DNA from: Planctomycetota bacterium
GTDB taxonomy: Bacteria > Planctomycetota > Brocadiia > Brocadiales > Brocadiaceae
NCBI GenBank assembly: GCA_016188675.1
Contig: JACPHJ010000152.1
Location: forward strand, 39,372 to 71,371
Reading direction: 5' to 3'
Length of the DNA stretch: 32,000 nt
The number at the start of each line of letters is the position of its first letter. The first letter of the stretch is position 1. A model generated the notes under the pieces. That model did not search any database and was not told the DNA's origin. It saw nothing but the letters and a program-made list of their open reading frames with translations. Made by a program: the position numbers and the translations under genes. Below, piece after piece: positions 24,294-31,942 of the stretch.

Positions 24294-24560
24294 GGCGTTG
24301 AAATTATTTTTAAAAGAAAACAAAAAGAGTACCAACAATTGCCCAGAATTGACCAAAGATAAAAATAAACATCCATTTAGTAATCCCAGACCTGACTTTA
24401 CCAATTTCTTCAGCAACCTTCTTTCGAATTTTTCCTCTACGAGGACAATTATATCTTCTTTACTTTTTTCTTCAGATTTATTGATAATCTCTACCAAGGC
24501 ATCTGCGCCTTCATCGGTGAGTTTTTCACGCAAAACTTTAGGTATTGTAATTACTGCCAT
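24276..24560 (-). CDS. Small coiled-coil/membrane-anchored protein (DUF1640-like / MAVITIP..REKL family); possibly frameshifted
   Basis: Strong SD (AAAAGGAG) 7 nt upstream of the ATG. N-terminus MAVITIPKVLREKLTDEGADALVEIINK...VEEKFERR. The family-like TM tail is in the -1 frame (see findings). Its 3' end overlaps the crotonase gene by 18 nt. Confidence 0.55.
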   Translation of the reverse strand: MAVITIPKVLREKLTDEGADALVEIINKSEEKSKEDIIVLVEEKFERRLLKKLVKSGLGLLNGCLFLSLVNSGQLLVLFLFSFKNNFNALFTFM

Positions 24561-24657
24561 AAGTGCTCCTTTTTGATGAGATTTATTGTAGTGAGCCTAT
24601 CACGTTCTCTCTATACTGTCAAGATGTATTGCTTGGCCTCAGGCCACATTTTTTGCC

Positions 24658-24686
24658 TTGCATTTCAAAATCCATTTCTTTACTAT
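24658..24686 (+). promoter_or_regulatory. Candidate sigma70-type promoter TTGCAT-17 nt-TACTAT for fabG; a 13-bp palindrome TGGCCTCAGGCCA lies at 24634-24646 just upstream
   Basis: Read directly in the 186-nt divergent intergenic region. Confidence 0.3.
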
Positions 24687-24746
24687 ACCACATCAAAACA
24701 ATTGATAAATTGAAACAGGAAACTTACTTATTAAGGAGGATATTGC

Positions 24747-25490
24747 GTGGAATTTAAGGATAAGGTGGCAATCGTCACAGGTGGCACAAGAGGGATAGGA
24801 CGGGCAATCGCACTGGAACTGGCAAAGAACGGCTGCAACATCGCTTTTAATTATAGTAAAAGCGCTGATGCAGCAACTGCATTGGTAAAGGAAATCGAAA
24901 CCCTGGGCGTGAAAGCCTTTTCTTTACAGGTTGATGCCGCCAGTTTAGAGGGTGCAAAAAATATGATAAAAGAGGTCAAGGAAAAGTTTGGGAAAATTGA
25001 CTTTCTGGTAAACAATGCAGGAATTACCCGAGATAAACTCCTGGCCTTGATGGCAGAGAGTGACTGGGATGACGTCATCAATACCAATCTCAAGAGCGTG
25101 TATAATTTTTCAAAGGCGGTTATTACCCAGATGATCAAGCAAAAGGCAGGCAGTATCCTTAATATAACCTCTGTAAGCGGAATAATCGGGATGGCAGGCC
25201 AGGTTAACTATTCTTCCTCAAAGGCAGGCATGATCGGTTTTACGAAGGCGCTTGCAAAGGAGGTTGGAAAGGTAAATGTCACCGTAAATGCCATTGCCTG
25301 CGGTTTTATTGAAACCGATATGACAGCTGTGCTGCCCCAGGAATACAAAGATAAGGTAATCGAAATGATCCCCGTGAGAAGATTCGGCAAGGCCGAAGAG
25401 GTTGCAAAAACAGCGGTATTTTTGTTGTCTGACAATGCGAGATATATTACCGGCCATGTTATTAGTGTAGACGGCGGTTTGGCGATATAA
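24747..25490 (+). CDS. fabG: 3-oxoacyl-[ACP] reductase (SDR family)
   Basis: VTGGTRGIGRAIA, NNAGITRD, YSSSKAG and VNAIACGFIETDM. GTG start preceded by AAGGAGG. Confidence 0.9.
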   Translation: MEFKDKVAIVTGGTRGIGRAIALELAKNGCNIAFNYSKSADAATALVKEIETLGVKAFSLQVDAASLEGAKNMIKEVKEKFGKIDFLVNNAGITRDKLLALMAESDWDDVINTNLKSVYNFSKAVITQMIKQKAGSILNITSVSGIIGMAGQVNYSSSKAGMIGFTKALAKEVGKVNVTVNAIACGFIETDMTAVLPQEYKDKVIEMIPVRRFGKAEEVAKTAVFLLSDNARYITGHVISVDGGLAI

Positions 25491-25506
25491 GAATATTGAT
25501 ATAAAC

Positions 25507-25709
25507 TCACCGCAAAGGCGCAAAGAACGCAAAGAAAGTTGTTAGTTGTAAGATTTAAGTTAAACCCGCAATTGCTAAGTTGATGTATAGGAATTTCAAA
25601 CACCCCCATAATCCCCCCGTAAACGGAGGGAAACAGGGGGGTAGCTGAAGGCCTAACTTACAACTTTGAACTGTTTTAAAACTTTGCGTCCTTCGTGCCT
25701 TTGCGGTGA
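25507..25709. repeat. Composite 203-bp inverted-repeat element: 28-bp terminal arms built from (CGCAAAG)x3 (25/28 complementary) around a C6/G6 core motif; REP/MITE-like
   Basis: Left arm TCACCGCAAAGGCGCAAAGAACGCAAAG (25507-25534). Right arm CTTTGCGTCCTTCGTGCCTTTGCGGTGA (25682-25709). The core at 25601-25650 resembles the motif at 226-268. No convincing target-site duplication. Confidence 0.6.
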
Positions 25710-25742
25710 AAAGGACTTTTAAAAACGAAAGGGTAGAAAGCT

Positions 25743-26054
25743 ATGTTATTTCTTTTAAAGGTTGAGGTAAAACAGATGCCCCAGATGCCTGTAAAGGACT
25801 TTCTGGGATACGTAATACGGGAGTGGGAGTATTTTTCACGATTTCAGCGGCGCGGCAAGATATTGGCAGGCGGAAAGCTGTCCGGCAGGCGCGGAGCTGC
25901 CGCTATTATTGACGCTGAGTCCAACGAAGAAATGGAAGAGATCGTCTCTAAATTGCCCCTTTTCCCATTTTTTACCGATATCGAAATTACACCCCTCGTG
26001 CCGATGGAAAAGGCACTGCTGGATACCAAGAGAATTCATTCTCTCATGAAGTAA
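25743..26054 (+). CDS. Muconolactone delta-isomerase-fold small protein (CatC-like family)
   Basis: MLFLLKVEVK...(Q)RRGK...AAAIIDAESNEEMEEIVSKLPLFPFFTDIEITPL parallels CatC (MLFHVKM...REG...SVFDV.S.E.LH..L..LPLFPYMDIEV.L); 103 aa. Confidence 0.65.
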   Translation: MLFLLKVEVKQMPQMPVKDFLGYVIREWEYFSRFQRRGKILAGGKLSGRRGAAAIIDAESNEEMEEIVSKLPLFPFFTDIEITPLVPMEKALLDTKRIHSLMK

Positions 26055-26093
26055 AATTAACACTAATTAAGATTATTGATATCCTTTTAAAGA

Positions 26094-27533
26094 ATGAAAA
26101 AACTACTAAAAACAATTTCAATTATTATCGTACTGTTTCTTTCTGCCCAATGCATATATGCCCAGGAAATAACTGAAGCAGAATATCTCCAGCTAAAAAA
26201 CAGGCTCAAGTCAGACTTCATGCAAAAGTTAAAAGAAGAAATTAAAAATGAACTCACCGAGGAATTACAAGAGAAAATTAAAAAAGAGTTCATCGAGGAA
26301 TTGAAGGCCGAGTACACGATAGAACCAAAACAAAAGCTGGTAACTGCAAAACCAGAAACCACAATTGAGATAAATAATCCACAGAAAGAATCAAAAGAGG
26401 TTTATACACAGAAAGGAGAGACTATCAAAAATACAGAATACCCGAAAGAGGTTGGGGAAATAGAATTGGATAAGGCAAGATATAAACTGGGTGAGGGGCT
26501 TACCTTCGGCGAACAACTCCTGGTCATCCGGGGCTTTGGAAATGTTAATGCGCGGTACAGGGATAATAACCCCAGCGAAAGATTCGAAAGCGGCGATAAC
26601 TTCTTTTCACTCGGTGAATTTGATCTGTTTATGACGTCAAAACTCAGTAACCGCATATCCTTCCTTAATGAAACTGTGTTTGAGTTTGACCGAGGAGAAA
26701 ATACTGAAGAACGCACAGAGCCGATTGAAATAGACATAGAGCGATTATTAATTCATTACGACATTAATAACCTTCTGAAAATCGATGTAGGAAAATTCTT
26801 CCTCCCGCTTGGATACTGGATACCAACTTACAATCACGGGGTCTGGTTTCAGACAACCATGGATAGACCAGATATAGTCAATTTTCAGGATAAAGGCGGT
26901 CCTATGCCAACGCATGATACAGGCATAAAAATATACGGTAGTGCCTTGCTGGAAGGTTTTGACCTGAATTACGCATGCGCAATTAGTAACGGAAGGGGAG
27001 TCAATACAACTCAAAGACAGAATTTTAGAGATATAAATGATAAAAAGGCTATAAGTTTACAACTGGATATACAGCCCCATATACTTGAAGGTGTACGGCT
27101 GGGTCCGAGTGTCTATTACGATGTAATACCTGAAGATAAAACCGAACCAAACAGGGAAAATGAACTCAGGGAAATTATTTATGGCGGGCATATTGTTTAT
27201 ACCTTTAGGAATATCGATCTGTTAACGGAGGTATTTGAAATAAATCACGATGAATTTTCAGGCGGTGTATTTAATACGATCGGTGGATATGCACAATTTG
27301 CATATACTATTAACAAATTTAAACCGTACTACAGATATGATTATATTGACTACAGCAATGATGACCCATTCTATCGAGAAAGCGAACTTGATTTCCTTGA
27401 TACGAGTAAACATACCATAGGGTTACGATATGAACTCTCACACTTTAACGCATTAAAATTTGAATATTCACACGGTGTATTTGATGATAAAGATGTAAAC
27501 GTTATAGGACTGCAGACGACATTTTCATTTTAA
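26094..27533 (+). CDS. Outer-membrane beta-barrel porin-like protein with an N-terminal coiled coil (OprO/P-like?)
   Basis: Signal peptide ending AQE, a charged heptad region, alternating beta-strand patterns, and a C-terminus GLQTTFSF with terminal Phe. Confidence 0.6.
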   Translation: MKKLLKTISIIIVLFLSAQCIYAQEITEAEYLQLKNRLKSDFMQKLKEEIKNELTEELQEKIKKEFIEELKAEYTIEPKQKLVTAKPETTIEINNPQKESKEVYTQKGETIKNTEYPKEVGEIELDKARYKLGEGLTFGEQLLVIRGFGNVNARYRDNNPSERFESGDNFFSLGEFDLFMTSKLSNRISFLNETVFEFDRGENTEERTEPIEIDIERLLIHYDINNLLKIDVGKFFLPLGYWIPTYNHGVWFQTTMDRPDIVNFQDKGGPMPTHDTGIKIYGSALLEGFDLNYACAISNGRGVNTTQRQNFRDINDKKAISLQLDIQPHILEGVRLGPSVYYDVIPEDKTEPNRENELREIIYGGHIVYTFRNIDLLTEVFEINHDEFSGGVFNTIGGYAQFAYTINKFKPYYRYDYIDYSNDDPFYRESELDFLDTSKHTIGLRYELSHFNALKFEYSHGVFDDKDVNVIGLQTTFSF

Positions 27534-27541
27534 CAAAATCA

Positions 27542-28006
27542 ATGAGACTGGTATCAATCACAGTGCTTGTATTTACGGTTATCTTTGTAACAAATACCTG
27601 TGCAGACATTGCCGTTATCGTTAACAAATCAAATCCTGTATCAGATATTTCTTACAATGAACTAAAACAAATTCTGGAGGCAAGGAAACAATACTGGAAT
27701 AATGGCGAGAAAATTACCCTTATTTTTAAGGCAATCACATCTTCTGAAACGCGTTTGTTGATAGATAAGATATATAAAATAAAGTATGAGGATTTTGACA
27801 AATACTGGTTTTTAAAGGCATATGACAATAAAATAATGGAATTCCCAAAGATATTAGGCTCTGCCGGGACAATAAACATACTTGTTTCGGAAATTCCCGG
27901 AGCAATAGCCTTTATTGGCATAAATGATGTATCCAGACGTGGAAATGTTAAGACACTCATGATTGATGGAAAATTGCCTGATGAAGATGGCTATCCGTTG
28001 AAATAA
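27542..28006 (+). CDS. Small periplasmic PstS/PBP-like substrate-binding domain protein
   Basis: Signal peptide, IAVIVNKSNPVSDISYNELKQI and GAIAFIG blocks typical of short PBP_like_2 proteins. Starts 8 nt after the porin stop. Confidence 0.6.
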   Translation: MRLVSITVLVFTVIFVTNTCADIAVIVNKSNPVSDISYNELKQILEARKQYWNNGEKITLIFKAITSSETRLLIDKIYKIKYEDFDKYWFLKAYDNKIMEFPKILGSAGTINILVSEIPGAIAFIGINDVSRRGNVKTLMIDGKLPDEDGYPLK

Positions 28007-28040
28007 GAATGTCGAATCATCTACTATGGAGAAGTAAGAC

Positions 28041-29327
28041 ATGCGTATTGGACAACGACTGGGAATTGGTTTTGGTATAATCCTGTTATTGATGATAGGA
28101 ATGACTATTTTTGTATCCTTTTCTTTGAATAAGATTGAGAAAATACAAAAAACAGTCGCTTCCCATGCCACCAACGTAAAGATCATCAATACGTTAAAGA
28201 AAAGTATTGATCGGTGGCTTATGACCGTGGAATATATTTTGGAGAAAAGGGACTTATCGCAATTGGATTACCACGAGATACTCGAAGCAACTATTGAAGG
28301 AGAATTAGATGAAATTGATTGGGACATTTATGGAGTAACAGCATTAAAACTTCGCGATGAAATTACACAAACCTTTAATAATATTGAGAAATTAGATAAT
28401 ACCGTACAGATGTCCCTTAGGTTGGGGAACAAGTCACCTGAGACAATAAATATGGATGACGCTATTAATTCATTCGAAGCAGATGCATCCCACATTACAA
28501 GGGTATTCGCAAGCCTTAATGAAATTGCCAATAAAACATATGAACAAGTGCTTGTCTATTCAAAAAAAACAGAAAAGAGAAGCTGGCTATCTATTTATGT
28601 CATTGTACCCATAGCAATAGGTTTCAGTATTTTCAATGGATTTGCTACAACGAGAAGTATAACAAATCCATTGAAACTGTTGTATACAGCAACAATAAAA
28701 ATTATCAATGGATCATTCGATGTAAAATTGAGCATAAAATCACCAACCGAAATAGAGGAACTTTTAAATACTTTTAATATTATGTCAGTGAAATTGAACG
28801 AGTCATATAAAAGACTTGAAACGTTATCTATAATAGACAAACTGACGGGTTTGTATAATAGAAGATATTTTGACGAGGCTTTAGAAAGAGAGGTATTAAG
28901 GGCAAAACGGTTTAATCAAGCCCTCGGTCTGCTCTTTATAGATATAGATAAATTCAAACATATCAATGACACTTATGGACATGATGAGGGCGACAAGGTA
29001 TTGCAGCGCCTGGGACAGTTAATAATTGGAAATATGAGAAACGGAATTGACGTAGCATGCCGATACGGGGGTGAAGAATTTACCATAATATTACCAGAAA
29101 CTCAAAGCTATGCTGCATTCAACATTGCCAATCGAATACTCAACAATTTCAGGAACATGAAATTTCACATCCCAACAAAGGACGTAATTGTTCAAAAGAC
29201 AATAAGTATCGGTATTGCAGAACTTGGACAATCGTTAGATGCAAAGACAATGCTTGTTAACGCAGACAAGGCAATGTATGAGGCAAAAAAACTGGGTGGA
29301 AATAGGATTTGTGAATATCGAGTGTAA
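28041..29327 (+). CDS. Membrane-bound diguanylate cyclase (2 TM, periplasmic helical sensor, HAMP, GGDEF)
   Basis: DKLTGLYNRRYF, FIDIDKFKHINDTYGH..GD and RYGGEEF. The I-site position reads RNGID (RxxxD), so it is not the canonical RxxD. Confidence 0.9.
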   Translation: MRIGQRLGIGFGIILLLMIGMTIFVSFSLNKIEKIQKTVASHATNVKIINTLKKSIDRWLMTVEYILEKRDLSQLDYHEILEATIEGELDEIDWDIYGVTALKLRDEITQTFNNIEKLDNTVQMSLRLGNKSPETINMDDAINSFEADASHITRVFASLNEIANKTYEQVLVYSKKTEKRSWLSIYVIVPIAIGFSIFNGFATTRSITNPLKLLYTATIKIINGSFDVKLSIKSPTEIEELLNTFNIMSVKLNESYKRLETLSIIDKLTGLYNRRYFDEALEREVLRAKRFNQALGLLFIDIDKFKHINDTYGHDEGDKVLQRLGQLIIGNMRNGIDVACRYGGEEFTIILPETQSYAAFNIANRILNNFRNMKFHIPTKDVIVQKTISIGIAELGQSLDAKTMLVNADKAMYEAKKLGGNRICEYRV

Positions 29328-29357
29328 GGCGGGTTTATGTGAAATATAACGGTTTAC

Positions 29358-29381
29358 CGCAAAGACGCAAAGGGTGCAAAG
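29358..29381 (+). repeat. CGCAAAG-family repeat (CGCAAAG-a-CGCAAAG-gg-TGCAAAG), with the same 8/9-nt phasing as 25511-25534
   Basis: Read directly. Confidence 0.65.
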
Positions 29382-29420
29382 GAAAACATAGGTGATATAA
29401 GGAGATTTACGATTTTAGAG

Positions 29421-29462
29421 TTACGATTTGGGATTTTAAAAATTGTAAATCCCAAATCGTAA
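29421..29462. terminator. Perfect 16-bp stem hairpin TTACGATTTGGGATTT / AAATCCCAAATCGTAA (10-nt loop) between the convergent GGDEF and hemA genes; probable bidirectional terminator / REP
   Basis: Read directly. Sits between two convergent stop codons (29327 and 29471). Confidence 0.55.
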
Positions 29463-29470
29463 TTCGTAAA

Positions 29471-30763
29471 TTAATGCTGCGGATGATCTGTGTGATGAAA
29501 AATGCCAAATAATTTCTTTATGGTCTCCACGTACCGGTATCCACCGCCGTTCTTTGCCTCCTGCTTGGCCACCTTTGCGGGATGGTGGAGAAGTTTGTTT
29601 ATGGCGCGTTCCATCGTATAAACGACCTGTTCCCAGTCTTCATTATCGAGGTTCTTTAATTTGGGCTTCAGGCGGTCCAGCTCTTCCTTGCCGATGGTAT
29701 GGAAATGATTACGTAAGTGGGTTATCGCCGGTTCTATTTTCATTTCCTCGAGCTTTGCCATGAAGTGCTCTACCTCTTCTTCAATAAGGACACGGCATTT
29801 TTCCACCTCTTTGTTTCGTTCGTCTATATTCTGGCTGACAACGGATTGAAGGTCGTCAATATTGTAAAGATACACGTTGTCAATATTGGCAACCTCCGGT
29901 TCAATATCCCTTGGAACGGCAATATCGATGAGGAACATCGGGTTTCCCCTGCGATGTCTGATGGCTTCTTTCACCTGGTCGGCATGGATTACATAATGGG
30001 GGGCAGACGTGGAGCTAATGACAATATCGGCCTTTTCAAGATGCTCTCCAAGCAGTTCGTATTTAATAGCCTGACCATGATATTCACTGGCAAGTTCCTG
30101 TGCACGCTCGAAGGTGCGGTTCGCAACAACAAAGGTGCGCGACCCTTCCTCGTAAAGATGTTTTAACAAAAGTTCGCACATTTCACCGGCGCCCACGACA
30201 AGTACAATCTTGCCGGTAAAATCCTGGAATATTTTTTCGGCAAATTCCACGGCAACGGAGCTTATGGAAACCTTCCGCTTGCCGATAGACGTCCTGGTAT
30301 GCACAATCTTGGCGGCATTAAGCGCCTGCTGAAATAGCTGGTTTAAAATTTTTCCCGTAGCCTCTTCCATGGCTGCCGTCGTGTATGCCTCTTTGACCTG
30401 TGAGAGGATTTGCGACTCACCAAGCACCATAGAATCAAGGCTTGCCGTAACAAAGAAAAGATGGTTTACTGCACGGTCATCGTTATAGTGATACATATAC
30501 GGAGAAAATGTATTTACATCAATCTTGTGGAAATCTGCAAGAAATGAAAGGACATCTTCTACCTTGACAGCGCCATCCCGCGATGAAATATATAGTTCGA
30601 CGCGATTACAGGTCGACAAAATAACGATCTCCGCATCTTGGTCCTGATATTTTTGTGAAAATAGAGACAAGGCGGTATTGATACTATTGGGATTAAACGC
30701 CAGTTTTTCCCTGACCTCTATGGGCGCTGACTTATGGTTCAATCCTACAACAAGGATACTCAT
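29471..30763 (-). CDS. hemA: Glutamyl-tRNA reductase
   Basis: MSILVVGLNHKSAPIEVREKLAF, LSTCNRVELY, GESQILSQVK and VVGAGEM; 430 aa. Confidence 0.95.
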   Translation of the reverse strand: MSILVVGLNHKSAPIEVREKLAFNPNSINTALSLFSQKYQDQDAEIVILSTCNRVELYISSRDGAVKVEDVLSFLADFHKIDVNTFSPYMYHYNDDRAVNHLFFVTASLDSMVLGESQILSQVKEAYTTAAMEEATGKILNQLFQQALNAAKIVHTRTSIGKRKVSISSVAVEFAEKIFQDFTGKIVLVVGAGEMCELLLKHLYEEGSRTFVVANRTFERAQELASEYHGQAIKYELLGEHLEKADIVISSTSAPHYVIHADQVKEAIRHRRGNPMFLIDIAVPRDIEPEVANIDNVYLYNIDDLQSVVSQNIDERNKEVEKCRVLIEEEVEHFMAKLEEMKIEPAITHLRNHFHTIGKEELDRLKPKLKNLDNEDWEQVVYTMERAINKLLHHPAKVAKQEAKNGGGYRYVETIKKLFGIFHHTDHPQH

Positions 30764-30801
30764 AATCCAATCCTCAGTTCAAGCAAGCCGAAACAGAAAC
30801 A

Positions 30802-30870
30802 TTTTAGATTTACAAATTACGATTTATGATTTAAATCCCGAATCGTAAATCTAAAATCGTAATTCGTAAT
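30802..30870. repeat. REP-like hairpin TTTTAGATTTAC ... GTAAATCTAAAA (perfect 12-bp outer stem) followed by ATCGTAATTCGTAA; same family and orientation as 29401-29470
   Basis: Both copies share AAATCCC(A/G)AATCGTAA and ATCGTAATTCGTAA. Confidence 0.6.
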
Positions 30871-30914
30871 TTTCAACTAAGAATTACAACAATTTAACTT
30901 ATCTTGTAAAATTG

Positions 30915-31784
30915 TCACTGCACATTCAAAACCTCTGTGTGCGTTTGTTCACTCACCTTCTGAAATGCGTGTTTTGATCCCATAAAGAAGGTTCCGATAA
31001 ACGTAAAAAGCACCAGGCAAAAACCTGCAATGGTCAGGCAAGCGATTTTGGTGCCATGAAATGATGCAATAAGCCGCATATGCAGCAATGCCGCATATAT
31101 CAACCAGGTTGCCAATCCCAAAATGACCTTATAATCAAGGTACCACATATCACCCAAAACATTTTGAGTCTTTACCCAAAAAGTACCAAATACAAGTCCA
31201 AGCGTAAGGAGTGGAAAACCAAACGAAATCGTCTTCCACATGAGCTTGTCAATTCCCTCCAGAGAGGGCAATTTATTAAAAAGAGAGCCAAATAATTTGT
31301 GCTTCAACTGCCTCTGTTGCGTTAAATACATGATACTCAGACTGAAAGATATGGTGAAAGCTGCGTATCCGACAAATATAGGGATGATGTGCGCTATGAG
31401 CCAGAAATTCTGAAGGCTTACGGTAATTAACAGATTTGCCCCGTCAAATGTAAGAGCCCATATTGAAAGCGCTGTAACGACAGGGATTAGAAATGTATCC
31501 AAAGACGGCAGCTTGTAAAGGTAGTCCAGATTTATGTAAACAAAGAGAACACACCATAGCAATGATACGAAGGATTCATACACATTTGTTATAGGGATGT
31601 TGCCTGATTCGAGTCCGAGGAATACTATAAAACCGCTGTGGACGAAAAAGCCCATCATCATCGTCCATTTGGCCACCTTTTTATCAAAAACACCGGGTTT
31701 TACGATGTATCCGATTGACCAAACGGAAGATATAAAATACAAAATTATGGTGATTATAAAGGGAATATGAGGTAACTGTATCAT
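30915..31784 (-). CDS. Cytochrome c assembly family (CcsA/HemX/YpjD-like) integral membrane protein
   Basis: About 8 TM segments. Position upstream of hemA. Degenerate Trp-rich motif GTFWVKTQNVLGDMWYLDYK. Confidence 0.7.
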   Translation of the reverse strand: MIQLPHIPFIITIILYFISSVWSIGYIVKPGVFDKKVAKWTMMMGFFVHSGFIVFLGLESGNIPITNVYESFVSLLWCVLFVYINLDYLYKLPSLDTFLIPVVTALSIWALTFDGANLLITVSLQNFWLIAHIIPIFVGYAAFTISFSLSIMYLTQQRQLKHKLFGSLFNKLPSLEGIDKLMWKTISFGFPLLTLGLVFGTFWVKTQNVLGDMWYLDYKVILGLATWLIYAALLHMRLIASFHGTKIACLTIAGFCLVLFTFIGTFFMGSKHAFQKVSEQTHTEVLNVQ

Positions 31785-31863
31785 AGTAAATACTGTAAGA
31801 AATAACTATTCATTAATCAATAAAATTTTAAAACATCGTTCTTTGCGTTTTTAGTTTTTTTAA

Positions 31864-31892
31864 TTGACAAAAGCTCTATTGTCCGATACCCT
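31864..31892 (+). promoter_or_regulatory. Candidate promoter TTGACA-17 nt-TACCCT for the right-edge gene
   Basis: Read directly. The -10 element is weak. Confidence 0.25.
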
Positions 31893-31942
31893 ACATTTTA
31901 ACAATTCCATACTCATTGGATTTAAATAGGAGATGTTTGTTT

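Noticed and set aside
24298-24757. ORFs on the + strand: 24298-24576 (92 aa) and 24563-24757 (64 aa).
   Set aside because: The first is antisense to the SD-equipped small membrane-protein gene and is low-complexity. The second spans the divergent promoter region and runs into the fabG start.
25507-25709. Calling the composite inverted-repeat element a bona fide MITE or mobile element.
   Set aside because: No convincing target-site duplication (flanks ...TAAAC / AAAGG...), no transposase in the window, and copy number cannot be assessed here. It is kept as a repeat only.
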